This document shows, one piece after another, positions 51,153 to 64,000 of a stretch of 64,000 nt of DNA (its first letter is position 1; each line of letters begins with the position of its first letter). The stretch is taken from NCBI GenBank assembly GCA_963750165.1, contig CAVVPN010000012.1:640001-704000 (forward strand). Direction: 5' to 3'. Under the pieces are notes generated by a model. That model saw nothing but the letters and a program-made list of their open reading frames with translations, was not told the origin of the DNA and ran no database searches. The stretch is from an uncultured Gemmataceae bacterium (GTDB lineage: Bacteria; Planctomycetota; Planctomycetia; Gemmatales; Gemmataceae). A program made the translations under genes and the position numbers.

Positions 51153-54100
51153 ATGCGACAGGTGTTGACGGTGCTGGCCGCGGTGGGCGCGGCCCTGCTG
51201 CTCGGCGGCGACTTCGGCCAGGCCAGGGCGCAGCAGAAAGACCCCTACGCGGCCCACATCGCAAAGACGCCGCCGCGCACGCCGGAGGAGCAGCAAAAGC
51301 TCTTCCACCTGCCGCCCGGCTTCGTCATCGAGCTGGTCGCCGCCGACCCGCTCATCAGCAAGCCCATCAACATCTGCTTCGACGCCGAGGGCCGCCTCTG
51401 GGTCACCGAAACCGTCGAGTACCCCTTCCCCGCTCCCGCCGACAAGGCCCGCGATGGCGTCAAGATCCTCAGCGATTTCGCACCCAACGGCCGCGCTCGC
51501 AAAATCGTCCGCTTCGCCGGCAACCTTAACATTCCCATCGGCGTGCTGCCGCTCGGCAAGGACGCCATCGTCTTCAGCATTCCGGCCATCTACAAGTTGA
51601 GCGACACCAGAGGCACCGGCAAGGCGGACAAGAAAGCCGTGCTCTACAGCGGCTACGGCCACCGCGACACGCACGGCCTGACCGGCGAATTCATGCACGG
51701 CTTCGACGGCTGGATTTACGCCTGCCACGGCTACTCCAACACCTCCACCGTCAAGGCGGCGGACGGCTCCGCCATCACGATGCAGTCCGGCAACACCTAC
51801 CGCATCAAGGCGGACGGCTCGCACATTGAGTATTTCACGCACGGCCAGGTCAACCCCTTCGGCCTGGCGTTCGACCCGCTCGGCAACCTCTACACCTGCG
51901 ATTGTCATAGCCGGCCGATCTATCAAATCCTCAAAGGGGCGTATTACCCGAGCTTCGGCAAGCCGCACGACGGCCTCGGCTTCGGCCCGGAAATGCTGAC
52001 GCACGACCACGGCTCGACCGCCATCGCCGGCATCGCCTACTACGCCGCGGACCAGTTCCCGGCGGAGTTCCGCGACAACATCTTCATCGGCAATGTGGTC
52101 ACGAACCGCATCAACCGCGACCGGTTGGAGAAGCACGGCTCGACCTACAAGGCGATTGCGATGCCGGATTTCGTCAAGTGCGATGACCCGTGGTTCCGGC
52201 CCGTGGACATCAAGCTCGGGCCGGATGGGGCGTTGTATGTCGCGGATTTTTACAATCGCATCATTGGCCACTACGAGGTGCCGCTGAACCACCCGGGCCG
52301 CGACCGTGAGCGCGGCCGCATCTGGCGCATCCGCTACGCCGGCAAGGATGGCAAGCAGAAACTGCCGGCGATTCCGAATCTGGCCCGGGCGGATGTGAAG
52401 GCGTTGGCGGCGGCGCTGGGCAGCCCGAACCTGACGGTGCGCTTGACGGCGACGCATCAACTGTGTGAACGCGGCGACGAAGGCGTCGCGGTGGCACGGC
52501 GCATCCTGGAGTGGTCGCAAATGAAGTGGCGCCCGACGCATGCCCTGTGGGTGCTGGAACGGAAAGGCGCCCTGGAGGACAAACAGCTGGCGGCGGCCGC
52601 GAACGATAACGATCCTCTGCTCCGGGTCCACGCCATGCGCGTGCTCGCCGAACGGCCGAAATGGGCCGTCGCCCAGCGCGACCTCGCGCTGGAGGGGTTG
52701 AAGGACCAGGACGCTTTCGTACAGCGCAACGCCGCCGAGGCGCTGGGGGCACATCCGCAACCGGAGAACCTGAAACCGCTGCTCGACCTGCGCCACACCG
52801 TCCCCGCCGCCGACACGCATTTACTGCACGTCGTCCGCATGGCCCTGCGCGACCAACTCAAACCCAGGGAACCGTGGAAGCAGGTCAATGAAACCAAATG
52901 GAGCGACCAGGACGCCCGGGCGTTGGCCGACGTCTGTCCCGGCGTTCACACTGCCGAGGCCGCCGACTTCCTGCTCGCCCATTTGCAGCGGTTGCCGGAG
53001 AGCCAGGCCAATGTGCTGCGCTACGCCCACCACATCGCCCGCTACGGCAGCGGCGCCCCGGGCGCGAAGCTGGTCGAGTTGGCCGCGGGCAAGTTCGGCA
53101 AGGACCGCGGCCTGCAGGCGGGGCTGTTCAAGGCGATCCAGCAAGGAACGCAGGCGCGCGGTGCCCGGCTCAGCCAGCCGGTGCAGGACTGGGCTGAGGC
53201 GCTGACCGGCAACCTTATCGGCAACCGCGACCCCAAACTCGTGCAGAGTGCCGTTGAGATGGCCGGCGTGCTCAAGACCGCGAAGCTGGAAAAGACGCTG
53301 CTCGGACTGCTGGCGGATGCGAAGCAGCCGGAGGCCACGCGCCGCGCTGCCGTCAAGGCGGTCGTGGCCATTCACCCAACACGCCACATCAGCATGTTGA
53401 GCCGCGTGCTGACGGACGCCGCCGAGGCGCTGCCGGTGCGCGAACAGGCCGCCGCGTCGCTGGCCGACACCAACCAGGCCGCCGCCCACGCGGAATTGCT
53501 CAAGGCGCTGCAGAACGTGCCGGCCCGCCTGGAAACGACCATCGCCGTCGGCCTGGCTGGCAGTCCGCAGGGGGCGGAAAAACTGCTCCGGGCAGTGGCC
53601 GAGGGCAAGGCGTCGGCGCGGCTGTTGCAGGATCGCGGCGTCGAACTGCGGCTCAAGCAGGCGAAGGTGCCGAACCTGGCCGGCCGCCTCGCGAAACTGA
53701 CGAAGGGCCTGCCCGCCGCGGACCAGCGCGTCGCCCAGTTGATCGCCGGCCGCCGCAATGCCTTCGTCAAGACGAAGCCGGACATTCAGGCGGGCGTGCG
53801 CGTCTTCGAGAAGAACTGTGCCAGCTGCCACCAGATCGCCAACAAGGGCGCGAAGATTGGCCCGCAACTGGACGGCATCGGCATCCGCGGCGTGGATCGG
53901 CTGCTCGAAGACATTCTGGATCCGAATCGCAACGTCGATCAGGCGTTCCGCTCGACGCTGCTGACGCTCGGCGATGGCAAGCAGGTGAGCGGCCTGCTGC
54001 TGCGCGAGGAGGGCAAGGTGCTGGTGATGGCGGATAAGGAGGGCAAGGAACAACGCATCGCCGCGGCGGACGTGGACCGGCGGGTGGTGGTGCCGCTGTC

Positions 54101-54203
54101 GCCGATGCCGGCCAACTTCGCCGAGACCATCAACGAGATGGAGTTCGCGCACCTGCTGGCGTATCTGCTGCAACAGCGCGTGGTGGACGGCAAACAGCCG
54201 TGA
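51153..54203 (+). CDS. Second PVC-type heme-binding CxxCH protein
   Basis: Signal peptide; LPPGFVIELVAADP, WFRPVDIKLGPDGALYVADFY, CASCH..IGPQLDG, SPMP. Confidence 0.92.
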   Translation: MRQVLTVLAAVGAALLLGGDFGQARAQQKDPYAAHIAKTPPRTPEEQQKLFHLPPGFVIELVAADPLISKPINICFDAEGRLWVTETVEYPFPAPADKARDGVKILSDFAPNGRARKIVRFAGNLNIPIGVLPLGKDAIVFSIPAIYKLSDTRGTGKADKKAVLYSGYGHRDTHGLTGEFMHGFDGWIYACHGYSNTSTVKAADGSAITMQSGNTYRIKADGSHIEYFTHGQVNPFGLAFDPLGNLYTCDCHSRPIYQILKGAYYPSFGKPHDGLGFGPEMLTHDHGSTAIAGIAYYAADQFPAEFRDNIFIGNVVTNRINRDRLEKHGSTYKAIAMPDFVKCDDPWFRPVDIKLGPDGALYVADFYNRIIGHYEVPLNHPGRDRERGRIWRIRYAGKDGKQKLPAIPNLARADVKALAAALGSPNLTVRLTATHQLCERGDEGVAVARRILEWSQMKWRPTHALWVLERKGALEDKQLAAAANDNDPLLRVHAMRVLAERPKWAVAQRDLALEGLKDQDAFVQRNAAEALGAHPQPENLKPLLDLRHTVPAADTHLLHVVRMALRDQLKPREPWKQVNETKWSDQDARALADVCPGVHTAEAADFLLAHLQRLPESQANVLRYAHHIARYGSGAPGAKLVELAAGKFGKDRGLQAGLFKAIQQGTQARGARLSQPVQDWAEALTGNLIGNRDPKLVQSAVEMAGVLKTAKLEKTLLGLLADAKQPEATRRAAVKAVVAIHPTRHISMLSRVLTDAAEALPVREQAAASLADTNQAAAHAELLKALQNVPARLETTIAVGLAGSPQGAEKLLRAVAEGKASARLLQDRGVELRLKQAKVPNLAGRLAKLTKGLPAADQRVAQLIAGRRNAFVKTKPDIQAGVRVFEKNCASCHQIANKGAKIGPQLDGIGIRGVDRLLEDILDPNRNVDQAFRSTLLTLGDGKQVSGLLLREEGKVLVMADKEGKEQRIAAADVDRRVVVPLSPMPANFAETINEMEFAHLLAYLLQQRVVDGKQP

Positions 54204-54253
54204 GACCATGGCGGCTGCGCGTTTGACTCCCCTCTCCCCCTGAAGAGGGGAGA

Positions 54254-55432
54254 TCAACGTTCCGCTGGCGGCAACTCAATCGTGAACGTCGAGCCCTTGC
54301 CCGGCTCACTCGCGACACTGACGCGGCCGCCGTGCATCTCCACGAACGCCTTGGCCACGCTCAGCCCCAGGCCCAGGCCGCGGCGGTCGAACTCGAAGAT
54401 GCCCGACGAGTGCTTCGACACGTCGAAGCGCGTGAAGAACGGGTCGAAGATGCGCGCCAGGCTCGCCGCGTCAATGCCGACGCCCGTGTCCGCAATGCGC
54501 ATCTCCGTGGTGCCGTCCGCCTGCCGCGCCGCCGACAACCGGATGGTGCCGCTGTCCGGCGTGAACTTGATCGCGTTCACCAGTAGCTGGAAAATGCTGT
54601 CGCGCAGCTTGTCCTCCTCCACGAACACACTCAGCGGCGGTTCCGGCGATTCCACCTCCAATCGTTGTTTGCGCTGCTCGATGAACGTGGCCACCTCCAC
54701 CGCGGCGGCGCGCAGCAGTTCGCCCACGTCCACCGGTTGGCAGTTGAGCGGCCGCTCGAAGTGGTCCGCCAGCAGCAGCTTGATCATCAGGTCGATGCGT
54801 TCATTGAGGCGGACGCTGCCGACGTAGATGCGCTCCAGCCAGTGGCCGAGCGGGCTCGGCAGGTCCGGCGTCCGCATCGCCAGGTCCGACATGCCCAGCA
54901 CGATGGTCAGCGGCGTGCGCAGCTCATGGCTGGCCACCTTGATGAAGGCTTTTTTCAGATCGTTGGCCTGCCGCAGTTCCTGGTTGGCGTCCTCCAGCTG
55001 CCGGTTCTTTTCCTGCAACTCCGCCAGCAATCGCTTGCGCTCCGCGAGCAATTCGTGGTGCTCGACGGCCTGGCGCAGCACGGCCAGCAGTTCACGCGGC
55101 TCGAACGGCTTGGTGATGTAGCGATAGACGCTGCCCTGGTTGATGGCGTCGGTGACGGCCTGCAGATCGGCGTAGGCGGTGAACAGCAGGCGGATGGCGT
55201 CGGGGTGGCTCTCACGCAGGCGGCGCAGGAACTCGACGCCGGTCATCTCCGGCATGCGCTGGTCGGTCATGACGACCTGGACCGACTCCCGCTCCATGAT
55301 GCGCAGTCCCTCGGCGGCACGGGTAGCGCCGAGCACATGGTAGTCGTAGCGGAGCAGGTCCTTGACGCTGTCCACCAGGTCCGGCTCGTCATCGACGACC
55401 AGCAGGCACGGTTTTACGAGGTTCTTGGCCAT
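54254..55432 (-). CDS. Hybrid receiver-histidine kinase
   Basis: LVVDDE, TDQRMP, KPF; SHELRTPL, NAIKF, DTGVG, GLGLGL. Confidence 0.93.
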   Translation of the reverse strand: MAKNLVKPCLLVVDDEPDLVDSVKDLLRYDYHVLGATRAAEGLRIMERESVQVVMTDQRMPEMTGVEFLRRLRESHPDAIRLLFTAYADLQAVTDAINQGSVYRYITKPFEPRELLAVLRQAVEHHELLAERKRLLAELQEKNRQLEDANQELRQANDLKKAFIKVASHELRTPLTIVLGMSDLAMRTPDLPSPLGHWLERIYVGSVRLNERIDLMIKLLLADHFERPLNCQPVDVGELLRAAAVEVATFIEQRKQRLEVESPEPPLSVFVEEDKLRDSIFQLLVNAIKFTPDSGTIRLSAARQADGTTEMRIADTGVGIDAASLARIFDPFFTRFDVSKHSSGIFEFDRRGLGLGLSVAKAFVEMHGGRVSVASEPGKGSTFTIELPPAER

Positions 55433-55456
55433 TGGCTCCCGGCACCCGCGTCCGCC

Positions 55457-55960
55457 TCACTTGGCCTTGGCCAGGCGTTCCTCAAGGAGTTTCAGCGCCG
55501 CGGCCAGACCGTCGTCGAAGCGGTCCTTGCGGAAGTCCGCGGCCATCACGTCGAACAGCTTTTGTCGCACCTCGCCGGCCGGCCCCAGCTTCGCCTGCGG
55601 GGTGACCTCGATGTACAGAAACTTGGGTTCCTTGCAAATCAGCAGGTACACCCCACGCACGACGCAGTGCTCGGCCCGCTCCTTCGCCCACTTGCCGAAG
55701 AACGCCGACCGTTCCTTGGTGTCCATCTCCTTGACCTTATCGATCTGGTCGGCCGGTGGTGTCGGATAGGTTTCGACGAGGACATCCCGCTGGTACTTGC
55801 GGTAGATCTCTCGGATCTGCTGGTTGGCCTTCTTGACGGCCTCGGCGCTGAAGAATTTGCCCTCGTCCTTGATCTCGGGGGCGACCACCGCGGCCGCGGC
55901 GGTCCAGGTGAAGGCCCCCAGCGTTAGCAGCAGCCCCACCCAGCGACAGCGGTACACCAT
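55457..55960 (-). CDS. Secreted TPM-domain protein
   Basis: Signal peptide; IKDEGKFFS, DVLVET, GVYLLI, FDDGLAAAL. Confidence 0.75.
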   Translation of the reverse strand: MVYRCRWVGLLLTLGAFTWTAAAAVVAPEIKDEGKFFSAEAVKKANQQIREIYRKYQRDVLVETYPTPPADQIDKVKEMDTKERSAFFGKWAKERAEHCVVRGVYLLICKEPKFLYIEVTPQAKLGPAGEVRQKLFDVMAADFRKDRFDDGLAAALKLLEERLAKAK

Positions 55961-56067
55961 GACTTCCTCCTTCGCGTTGCGACCTGCACCTGGGCCATTG
56001 AAAAATCGGGCTTCGGCGGGAAGTTGCTGGAAAACAAGTAGCGGCGACTGCAACCGGCCCGACCGCG

Positions 56068-56448
56068 TCAGCGCTGCTGAATGCGGCCGTCGGCGTCCCG
56101 AGGGGCGTCGCGCTCGTCCCAGCGCCGCCGCCATTCCCCGTCCTCCGGGGGGAGATCGCCGGGCAGCGCCGGCAGTGCGGTGCGGTCGGGCAGGCGGTTG
56201 ACGATGGCAAAGCCGGTCAAGGCACCGAACACGGCGCCGATGAGGCCGAGCCCGTACGACATCAGGAACGAAAACTCCCCCACGGCCAGGAAATCGCCCA
56301 CGACGGCGCCAAGAATGACGCCAAGTAGCTCGCAGACGATCCAGAGTACAACAAAAATCGTCACATACCCGGCCGCCGGGTGTCCCTTCTTCTTGCATTT
56401 CTCCGCGAGCTTGCTGCCGAAGGACCAGATCAGGATGATTTCCATCAT
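56068..56448 (-). CDS. Small membrane hypothetical protein
   Basis: GGGAG RBS, hydrophobic helices, tightly linked downstream of rho. Confidence 0.65.
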   Translation of the reverse strand: MMEIILIWSFGSKLAEKCKKKGHPAAGYVTIFVVLWIVCELLGVILGAVVGDFLAVGEFSFLMSYGLGLIGAVFGALTGFAIVNRLPDRTALPALPGDLPPEDGEWRRRWDERDAPRDADGRIQQR

Positions 56449-56508
56449 GGGCGATCTCCCAGAAAAGACAAGGCGAGCCCTGACCTGTCGGGCCCGCCCT
56501 GAAATTCC

Positions 56509-57909
56509 TCACGACATGTTCATGCTCATCAAAAATTCCGCGTTCGACTTCGTCTTGCGCAGCCGTGTGGTGAGCATCTCCATTGCCTCAACAGGGTGCA
56601 TGTCGCTGAGCACGCGCCGCAGAATGCGGACGCGATCCACCTCGTCCCGGTGCAGCAACAGCTCCTCCTTGCGCGTGCCGCTGCGGTTGATGTCGATGGC
56701 CGGCCAGACGCGCTTGTCCACCAACCGGCGGTCCAGGTGCAGTTCCATGTTGCCGGTGCCCTTGAACTCCTCGAAGATCACCTCATCCATGCGCGAGCCG
56801 GTGTCGATCAGGGCCGTCGCCAGGATGGTCAGGCTGCCGCCCTCCTCCGTGCTGCGGGCCGCCCCGAAGAAACGCTTCGGCTTCTGCATCGCGTTGGTGT
56901 CGAGGCCGCCGGACAGCAATTTGCCGCCGGACGGCGCCTCCGTGTTGTGCGCTCGTGCCAGCCGCGTGATCGAGTCCAGCAAAATCACCACGTCCTGGCC
57001 GTGTTCCACCATGCGCTTGGCCTTCTCCAGCGCGATCTCGCTGACGTGGATGTGCTCCGACGGCGGCTCGTCAAACGTGCTCGCCACCACCTCGGCGGTC
57101 GGCCCGGCGACCGTGCGCACCATGTCCGTCACCTCCTCGGGCCGCTCGTCCACCAGCAGCACGATCAGGTAGGCTTCCGAGTGGTTCTTGATGAGACTGA
57201 GCGCGATCTTCTGCAACAAGATGGTCTTGCCGGCGCGCGGCGGCGACACGATCAGACCACGCTGGCCCTTGCCGATCGGTGTCACCAGGTCCACGACGCG
57301 CATGGCCAGCTCCTCGGCCGACGTCTCCAGCACCAGCCGCTTGTTCGGGTGCAGGGGGGTCAGGTCTTCAAAGCCGGCGGACACCACGCGCTCGTCGGGC
57401 GGATGGCCGTTGACCGCATCGACCTGCATCAGGGCGAAATTCTCCTGGCCCTCCACGGGCAGACGGATCGGCCCCTCGACAATCAGGCCGGTCTTCAGGC
57501 CCAGGCGGCGAATCTGGCTCGGCGAGACGTAAATGTCTTCCGGCGAGGCCAGGTAGTTGTGCGCCACGCTGCGCAGGAAACCGTAGCCGTCGGGCAGCAC
57601 CTCCAGGGTGCCGCTGCCGCGGACCACGACGCCGCGCTCGATCTGGTGGCGCACCACCGCCATGATGAGCTGGCCGCGCGTCATGCCGGTGTGCTCGCCG
57701 ATGCCCTCGCGCTCGGCGTAGGCGAACAGCTTGGGCATCGGCAGCCGATACAGGTCATCCAGTCGCGTGGCCGGGACGCCGGTGCCGCCGGCCGGCGCCG
57801 GAGTGGCCGGGCCACCGGGCGACGGGGTGGCGATGTCGGCGGGTTTACGGATGGGGGTGCGTCTCCGCGCGACGGGTGAGGACCCATCGTCACTGCGGGC
57901 GATGGCCAT
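56509..57909 (-). CDS. rho: Transcription termination factor Rho
   Basis: [51 protein letters not shown]. Confidence 0.97.
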   Translation of the reverse strand: MAIARSDDGSSPVARRRTPIRKPADIATPSPGGPATPAPAGGTGVPATRLDDLYRLPMPKLFAYAEREGIGEHTGMTRGQLIMAVVRHQIERGVVVRGSGTLEVLPDGYGFLRSVAHNYLASPEDIYVSPSQIRRLGLKTGLIVEGPIRLPVEGQENFALMQVDAVNGHPPDERVVSAGFEDLTPLHPNKRLVLETSAEELAMRVVDLVTPIGKGQRGLIVSPPRAGKTILLQKIALSLIKNHSEAYLIVLLVDERPEEVTDMVRTVAGPTAEVVASTFDEPPSEHIHVSEIALEKAKRMVEHGQDVVILLDSITRLARAHNTEAPSGGKLLSGGLDTNAMQKPKRFFGAARSTEEGGSLTILATALIDTGSRMDEVIFEEFKGTGNMELHLDRRLVDKRVWPAIDINRSGTRKEELLLHRDEVDRVRILRRVLSDMHPVEAMEMLTTRLRKTKSNAEFLMSMNMS

Positions 57910-58420
57910 AGGAGTTCCTCCGCTGAATTGCTCTGAACGTCCTGGTGCTGGCGCACGGGGGGCGCTGTGCCACCAGGGGGGACACGGCCAGCGCCGTCGG
58001 GGATGTTCGGTTAAAAATGGTTGCCATTTGGCGATGCGTTTTTACCGCGACCTTCCGGCACCCACGGCGCCGCCCGCCCGCCCGGCGTTCATGGCCGGCT
58101 CGGTACGGTACGACATTCCGCACGGCGCCTGAACACGTCAATTGTCCACACGGGGTTGGTCGCAGAGTGGGCGGCCTATCGAGCCCTGGGCGAGTCCGCG
58201 GTCCTGAGCGTCCCGCGTCCCGGGGCCAAAAACCTGCCGTTTCCCTAAAGGGCTCGTACATCATGAACAACCGCGGCGCCGAAGGGAAGCGCTTTTTCTA
58301 AAATCCGTCGATTTTTTCTCCACCCGTGCGGCGAGTTGTCAGGCCGTGTGCGTTTTCGCTATGATTGCACCAGGCTGGGCGACGGAAACCTCTCGCACTC
58401 TCCTGTTGTGTGAACCCTGC

Positions 58421-60511
<2,091 letters not shown>

Positions 60512-60566
60512 TCCCAACGGGTTTTCGTGTCGGTTTGGGGAAGAAAAAAGTTTGTGTCATTTTTGG

Positions 60567-60595
60567 TTGACAGTGTATCCGCGCGGTGATAGCCT
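60567..60595 (+). promoter_or_regulatory. Near-consensus sigma-70 promoter
   Basis: TTGACA-17 nt-TAGCCT with extended TG and an AT-rich upstream tract. Confidence 0.55.
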
Positions 60596-60860
60596 AACAC
60601 TCAACTTGGCACTGGACGGTGCTAACAATCTCGGAACGCTGACGTTCCCGGACCTGATCCATGGATGGCGAGGTTCCCGGTTGCTCCCGAGCGGTAACCG
60701 GAACTCAGTGCGGGGCAGGTCTTGGCCTCCCCACGCGCACATCGTCATTATCCGCTGCCTCCCCAGTACCATGCCCTACACATCTGCCAGTGACTGGTAC
60801 AGGGTCCGTACGCGCCGGGTGGTTTGTTGTCGCTCTCTCTCCACGGTTGGGACAGTCATC

Positions 60861-61091
60861 ATGAGCGCACCTGTGGTTCCCGAGATCGCCTGGATTCGCG
60901 AAGACCATCTGGAGTCGCTGATGCAGCGCCGCCTGGGCAACCGCATCCGTAATTTGCGGGTGCTCGTGCAGGCGGGTGGCGTCATCCTCCGCGGTCGTAC
61001 CACCACCTATCACGCCAAGCAACTCGCCCAGCACGCCGTCATGGAGCTGTGTAACCTGCCCGTCCTGGCCAACGACATCGACGTGTGCTGA
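60861..61091 (+). CDS. Single BON-domain-like small protein
   Basis: IRNLRV..GGVILRGRTTTYHAKQLAQHAV..NDIDV. Confidence 0.75.
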   Translation: MSAPVVPEIAWIREDHLESLMQRRLGNRIRNLRVLVQAGGVILRGRTTTYHAKQLAQHAVMELCNLPVLANDIDVC

Positions 61092-61169
61092 CCGGCGAGC
61101 GGCGCGGCGTCAGCCCGCCGTGCAGTCCCCGACACGGCGGGCTGACGCCGCGCCGCTCACCACGGACAG

Positions 61170-61889
61170 TTACTCCGCCTTCTCCGCGCGCACGGTCAGT
61201 TCAAAATCGCCCTCCGTCTTCGTCAACGTCGTGGCGATGACGCGGTATTCGCCGTCCTTCTCCGGTCGGAAGACGAGGCGGGCGTTGAGATCGCCGCCGC
61301 TGTCGTCATCCTGCAACACGATTTCCTTGCGGTCGTTTTCGAGATACAGATACGGGTCGAGTTCCGCCTTCTTCACCAGGTCGATGACGTAGAACCGGCC
61401 AGCCTTGAGCTTGATCGGATACGCCTTGAAGTGCGCAGCGCGGCGCGGCTGGTACAGCGGGTCGTCGGCCGTCCACTTGCCCGCGACGTGCAGCAGCGGT
61501 TTCGGCTCCATGACTATCGGCGTGAGTTTCAGCGTGAAGTCCAGCGCCCCTTCGGCGATGGGGTCCAGCACATCCGGCACGACAGCAATACGGTAGTCCT
61601 GACTTTTGCGGACCATCGTGTAAGCGGTGTAGGTGTCTTTCTTTTCGAGATTTTGCAGGTGAAACTGGACGCCGAGCCCAGCGCCGATGGAGAGGCGCGG
61701 CCGGAAGCCCTTGCCCACGGCCTCAACGCGGTAGAGGGTGCCGCCCTCCAGGCGCGCTTTGTACACGCCGGCCCGGACCTTACCCTTCACGTCCAGGCCC
61801 TGCCCGCCACCCTGGGCCGCCGCGACCAGCGCCGCCCCTGCCAGCCCGACCAGGACGCCGCCCAGCACGGTCAATTTCCACAACATCAC
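61170..61889 (-). CDS. Secreted PPC (pre-peptidase C-terminal) domain protein
   Basis: Signal peptide; LKAGRFYVIDL..DPYLYLE..DDDSGGDLNARL..GEYRVIATT. Confidence 0.75.
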   Translation of the reverse strand: MMLWKLTVLGGVLVGLAGAALVAAAQGGGQGLDVKGKVRAGVYKARLEGGTLYRVEAVGKGFRPRLSIGAGLGVQFHLQNLEKKDTYTAYTMVRKSQDYRIAVVPDVLDPIAEGALDFTLKLTPIVMEPKPLLHVAGKWTADDPLYQPRRAAHFKAYPIKLKAGRFYVIDLVKKAELDPYLYLENDRKEIVLQDDDSGGDLNARLVFRPEKDGEYRVIATTLTKTEGDFELTVRAEKAE

Positions 61890-61917
61890 AACCTCCCCAG
61901 CTCGCCGCTCTGTGGCA

Positions 61918-62385
61918 TCAGAAGTGTTTCCAGAACACGACCATATCGTCGCCGTCGCTGTAGTAGTCGCGCAGCACGGCGCCCTGTTCGTAGCCGTGCT
62001 TGAGATAGAAGCGCCGCGTCAGCTCGTAGTGCGGCAGCGACGAGGTTTCGATGAACAGCACCCGACCGCCGGCGGTGCGGATGTCCTCCTCGGCCCGGTG
62101 CAGCAGCCGTGTGCCGACGCCCTTCGCCTGCGTGTGCCGGGTCACCGCGATCCAGTACAGATACCACGAGCGGTCGGTCATCGCCGCCGGCGCGTAGTAG
62201 GCGAAGCCGATCACCTCGCCGTCTTTCTCGTAGCTGGTGCAGAGGTGGCCGTGAGCGTGGTTGGTGGCGTGGTAGTCGTCGAGGACCTCCTTGAGGGCGT
62301 CGATTTCAATGGTCTTGAAGACATCGGTGCCGTGAGCCAGGGCCAGTAGCACGGGCGTGTCCTCGGGTCGTGTCGGCCGGATCAT
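61918..62385 (-). CDS. GNAT-family N-acetyltransferase
   Basis: LYWIAV..QAKGVGTRLL, IETSS, FYLKHGY. Confidence 0.88.
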   Translation of the reverse strand: MIRPTRPEDTPVLLALAHGTDVFKTIEIDALKEVLDDYHATNHAHGHLCTSYEKDGEVIGFAYYAPAAMTDRSWYLYWIAVTRHTQAKGVGTRLLHRAEEDIRTAGGRVLFIETSSLPHYELTRRFYLKHGYEQGAVLRDYYSDGDDMVVFWKHF

Positions 62386-62770
62386 GGTGGGACCACTCTC
62401 TTGAAAAATGGCGGCGGAAAGGTTGTTGCTGGGCATCGGTTTCGTTCTACCAGAGCCGCGCCGCCGGGGCAACGGACAACGGACGACGGGCCACGGACAA
62501 AAAAAACAGGGGCTTCGCCGCTGGGCGCGACGAGAACCCCTGTCTCGGTGGAGGATGCCGCCCCCGGATGGAGGCCGTGGCCGCAGCGTCACCGAGGAGC
62601 GCTTCGGCAGGAAGGAATGACAAAGGTGGCGCCTTCCAGGCGCAGTTGGGGAGTCGGGCGAGGAAGGGGAGCGAGCGGGGAGGGCGTCGAGTTCACACCT
62701 TGTACAAGGCTAGGTCGCAAACCGCGGCCTGTCAAACGGCGCGGCGCGGGGCGGCGCTGGCCGGCGCCGG

Positions 62771-62923
62771 TCAGCGGGCCTGGTTGGCCATGACCCAGAG
62801 CATGTAGGCGATGCGCTCGCGCAGGGTTTGTTCCCGTTTGACCCGGTCGGTGGCGTAGGCGCGCCACATGTAAAAGATGCTGGCCACGGCGAGCGCAGCG
62901 ATGGAGCAATTGACCAAGTGCAT
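62771..62923 (-). CDS. 50-aa single-TM hypothetical protein
   Basis: GGAAGGA RBS; hydrophobic N-terminus, LRERIAYMLWVMA. Confidence 0.55.
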   Translation of the reverse strand: MHLVNCSIAALAVASIFYMWRAYATDRVKREQTLRERIAYMLWVMANQAR

Positions 62924-63139
62924 GACACACGATCCTTCCGACGGGTTGCAGGGAAACTGAGCCGATGACAAAACCTAGCTCACGCCGTCAACCCAGGCAA
63001 CTGCCCAGGTGTGTTGATTTCCGCAAAAAAACCAGGGCCGAGCCGGTTGCTGGCCGGGCGGCGCCGCGGCCGTTAGCATGAGGAGGCCGGGGCCGCCGCG
63101 CGCGGGGCGACGCGGGCCGGCGGACGGGGGCGGCGATTC

Positions 63140-63613
63140 ATGCTCGAACAGCGCGGCCTGGTGCTGGGGGCCTGGACGGGGGACGAACCGCGTGAGCGGC
63201 CGGTCCTCAACGCCGACAGCGGCGAACCGCTCGGCTTCGTCCGCGCCCACGGCGGCCGCGGCTGGTGGCGCTGGCTGGGCGGCCAGACGTTCCAGGTGTT
63301 CGAGACGGAGGACGCCTCGCTGCTGTTGACGCTGTACCGCCCGGCGGGCTGGCTGCGGGCGTGGCAGCTGGACGACGCCGACAACCGCGCCGTGGCGACC
63401 ATCCGCGGCGTGACGCTGCGCGACGCCAACGGCTACTGCCTGGCGGTCGCCGAGAGCCGCGCCGACGGCGGCGTGCGTTACGTGAGTCCGCGCGGCGTTG
63501 CGGTGGGGGCGTGGTCGCGGACGGCGGCCGGCGTCTGTCTGACGTTCAGCCCGGAAGCGACGAACCCGTTCCTGCGCATGACGCTGCTGGCGGCAACGCT
63601 GGTGCTGGCGTGA
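63140..63613 (+). CDS. Hypothetical protein
   Basis: 157-aa ORF with host-like codon usage; beta-rich with a terminal hydrophobic helix. Confidence 0.55.
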   Translation: MLEQRGLVLGAWTGDEPRERPVLNADSGEPLGFVRAHGGRGWWRWLGGQTFQVFETEDASLLLTLYRPAGWLRAWQLDDADNRAVATIRGVTLRDANGYCLAVAESRADGGVRYVSPRGVAVGAWSRTAAGVCLTFSPEATNPFLRMTLLAATLVLA

Positions 63614-63620
63614 ACCATAT

Positions 63621-63690
63621 GATCCACAGATGACACAGATAAAAGACAAAAATCAATTCTTCTGTCTTTTATCTGTGTCATCTGTGGATC
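63621..63690. repeat. Perfect 28-bp inverted repeat with CACAGATGA nonamers between convergent genes
   Basis: GATCCACAGATGACACAGATAAAAGACA and its reverse complement. Confidence 0.85.
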
Positions 63691-63697
63691 GTATGCG

Positions 63698-64000
63698 TTA
63701 CTGGTGGTTGTTGCGTTCCCGGACGCGGTTCAGCAGCGTCTCCTTGACCTCCGGCGGCACGAACTTATCGACCTCGCCGCCGAGCTGGGCGATCTGCCGC
63801 AGCAGTGTGCCGCTGATGTGCGAGTACGTCTCCTTGGCCATCAGGAAGACGGTCTCAATGCCGGGGTCCAGGGCCAGGTTGGTCAGCGACATGGTGAACT
63901 CGTACTCCATGTCGCTGGTGGTGCGCAGGCCGCGGAGCATGATACCGGAGCCCCAGCGACGCACGAAATGCACCGCCAGACCCTCGAAGGGGCGCACTTC
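63698..64000 (-). CDS. coaD: Phosphopantetheine adenylyltransferase, 5' part outside the window
   Basis: FEGLAV, LRGLRTTSDMEYE, N..L.PGIETVFL, ISGTLLRQIA..GG.V..FVP. Confidence 0.92.
   Translation of the reverse strand, partial: EVRPFEGLAVHFVRRWGSGIMLRGLRTTSDMEYEFTMSLTNLALDPGIETVFLMAKETYSHISGTLLRQIAQLGGEVDKFVPPEVKETLLNRVRERNNHQ

Overview
GC-rich bacterial chromosome segment, almost certainly Planctomycetota and probably Gemmatales-like. This rests on a DUF1559 prepilin-type gene, two PVC-type CxxCH proteins, an LEDR-motif exported protein, Ser/Thr kinases, LRR proteins and an elongated SecA. Core genes are the alpha ribosomal operon (rpmJ-rpsM-rpsK-rpsD-rpoA-rplQ), secA-waaA, rho, glgX and a partial coaD. 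Accessory content includes: an in-frame endonuclease III-uracil-DNA glycosylase fusion with a 1-nt frameshift; an AT-richer islet at about 11.0-12.9 kb with two back-to-back gene stumps, two different inverted-repeat mini-elements and a phage-structural-like ORF; an orphan hicB; an animal-type heme peroxidase; an LRR islet bounded by a diverged 100-bp duplication of a phosphoesterase 3' end; a probable sugar-acid catabolic operon interrupted by a kinase with 14 near-identical WD40 repeats; a membrane Ser/Thr kinase with a c-type-heme sensor domain facing a SLATT-like gene; an Rpn-like gene with an internal start; a 33-aa basic small protein; and many REP-like and heptamer/nonamer palindromes, including a paired 51-bp repeat found at two loci. 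I found no rRNA, tRNA, CRISPR array, cas, integrase, transposase or reverse transcriptase gene. Family calls come from motif recognition by eye, not database searches.
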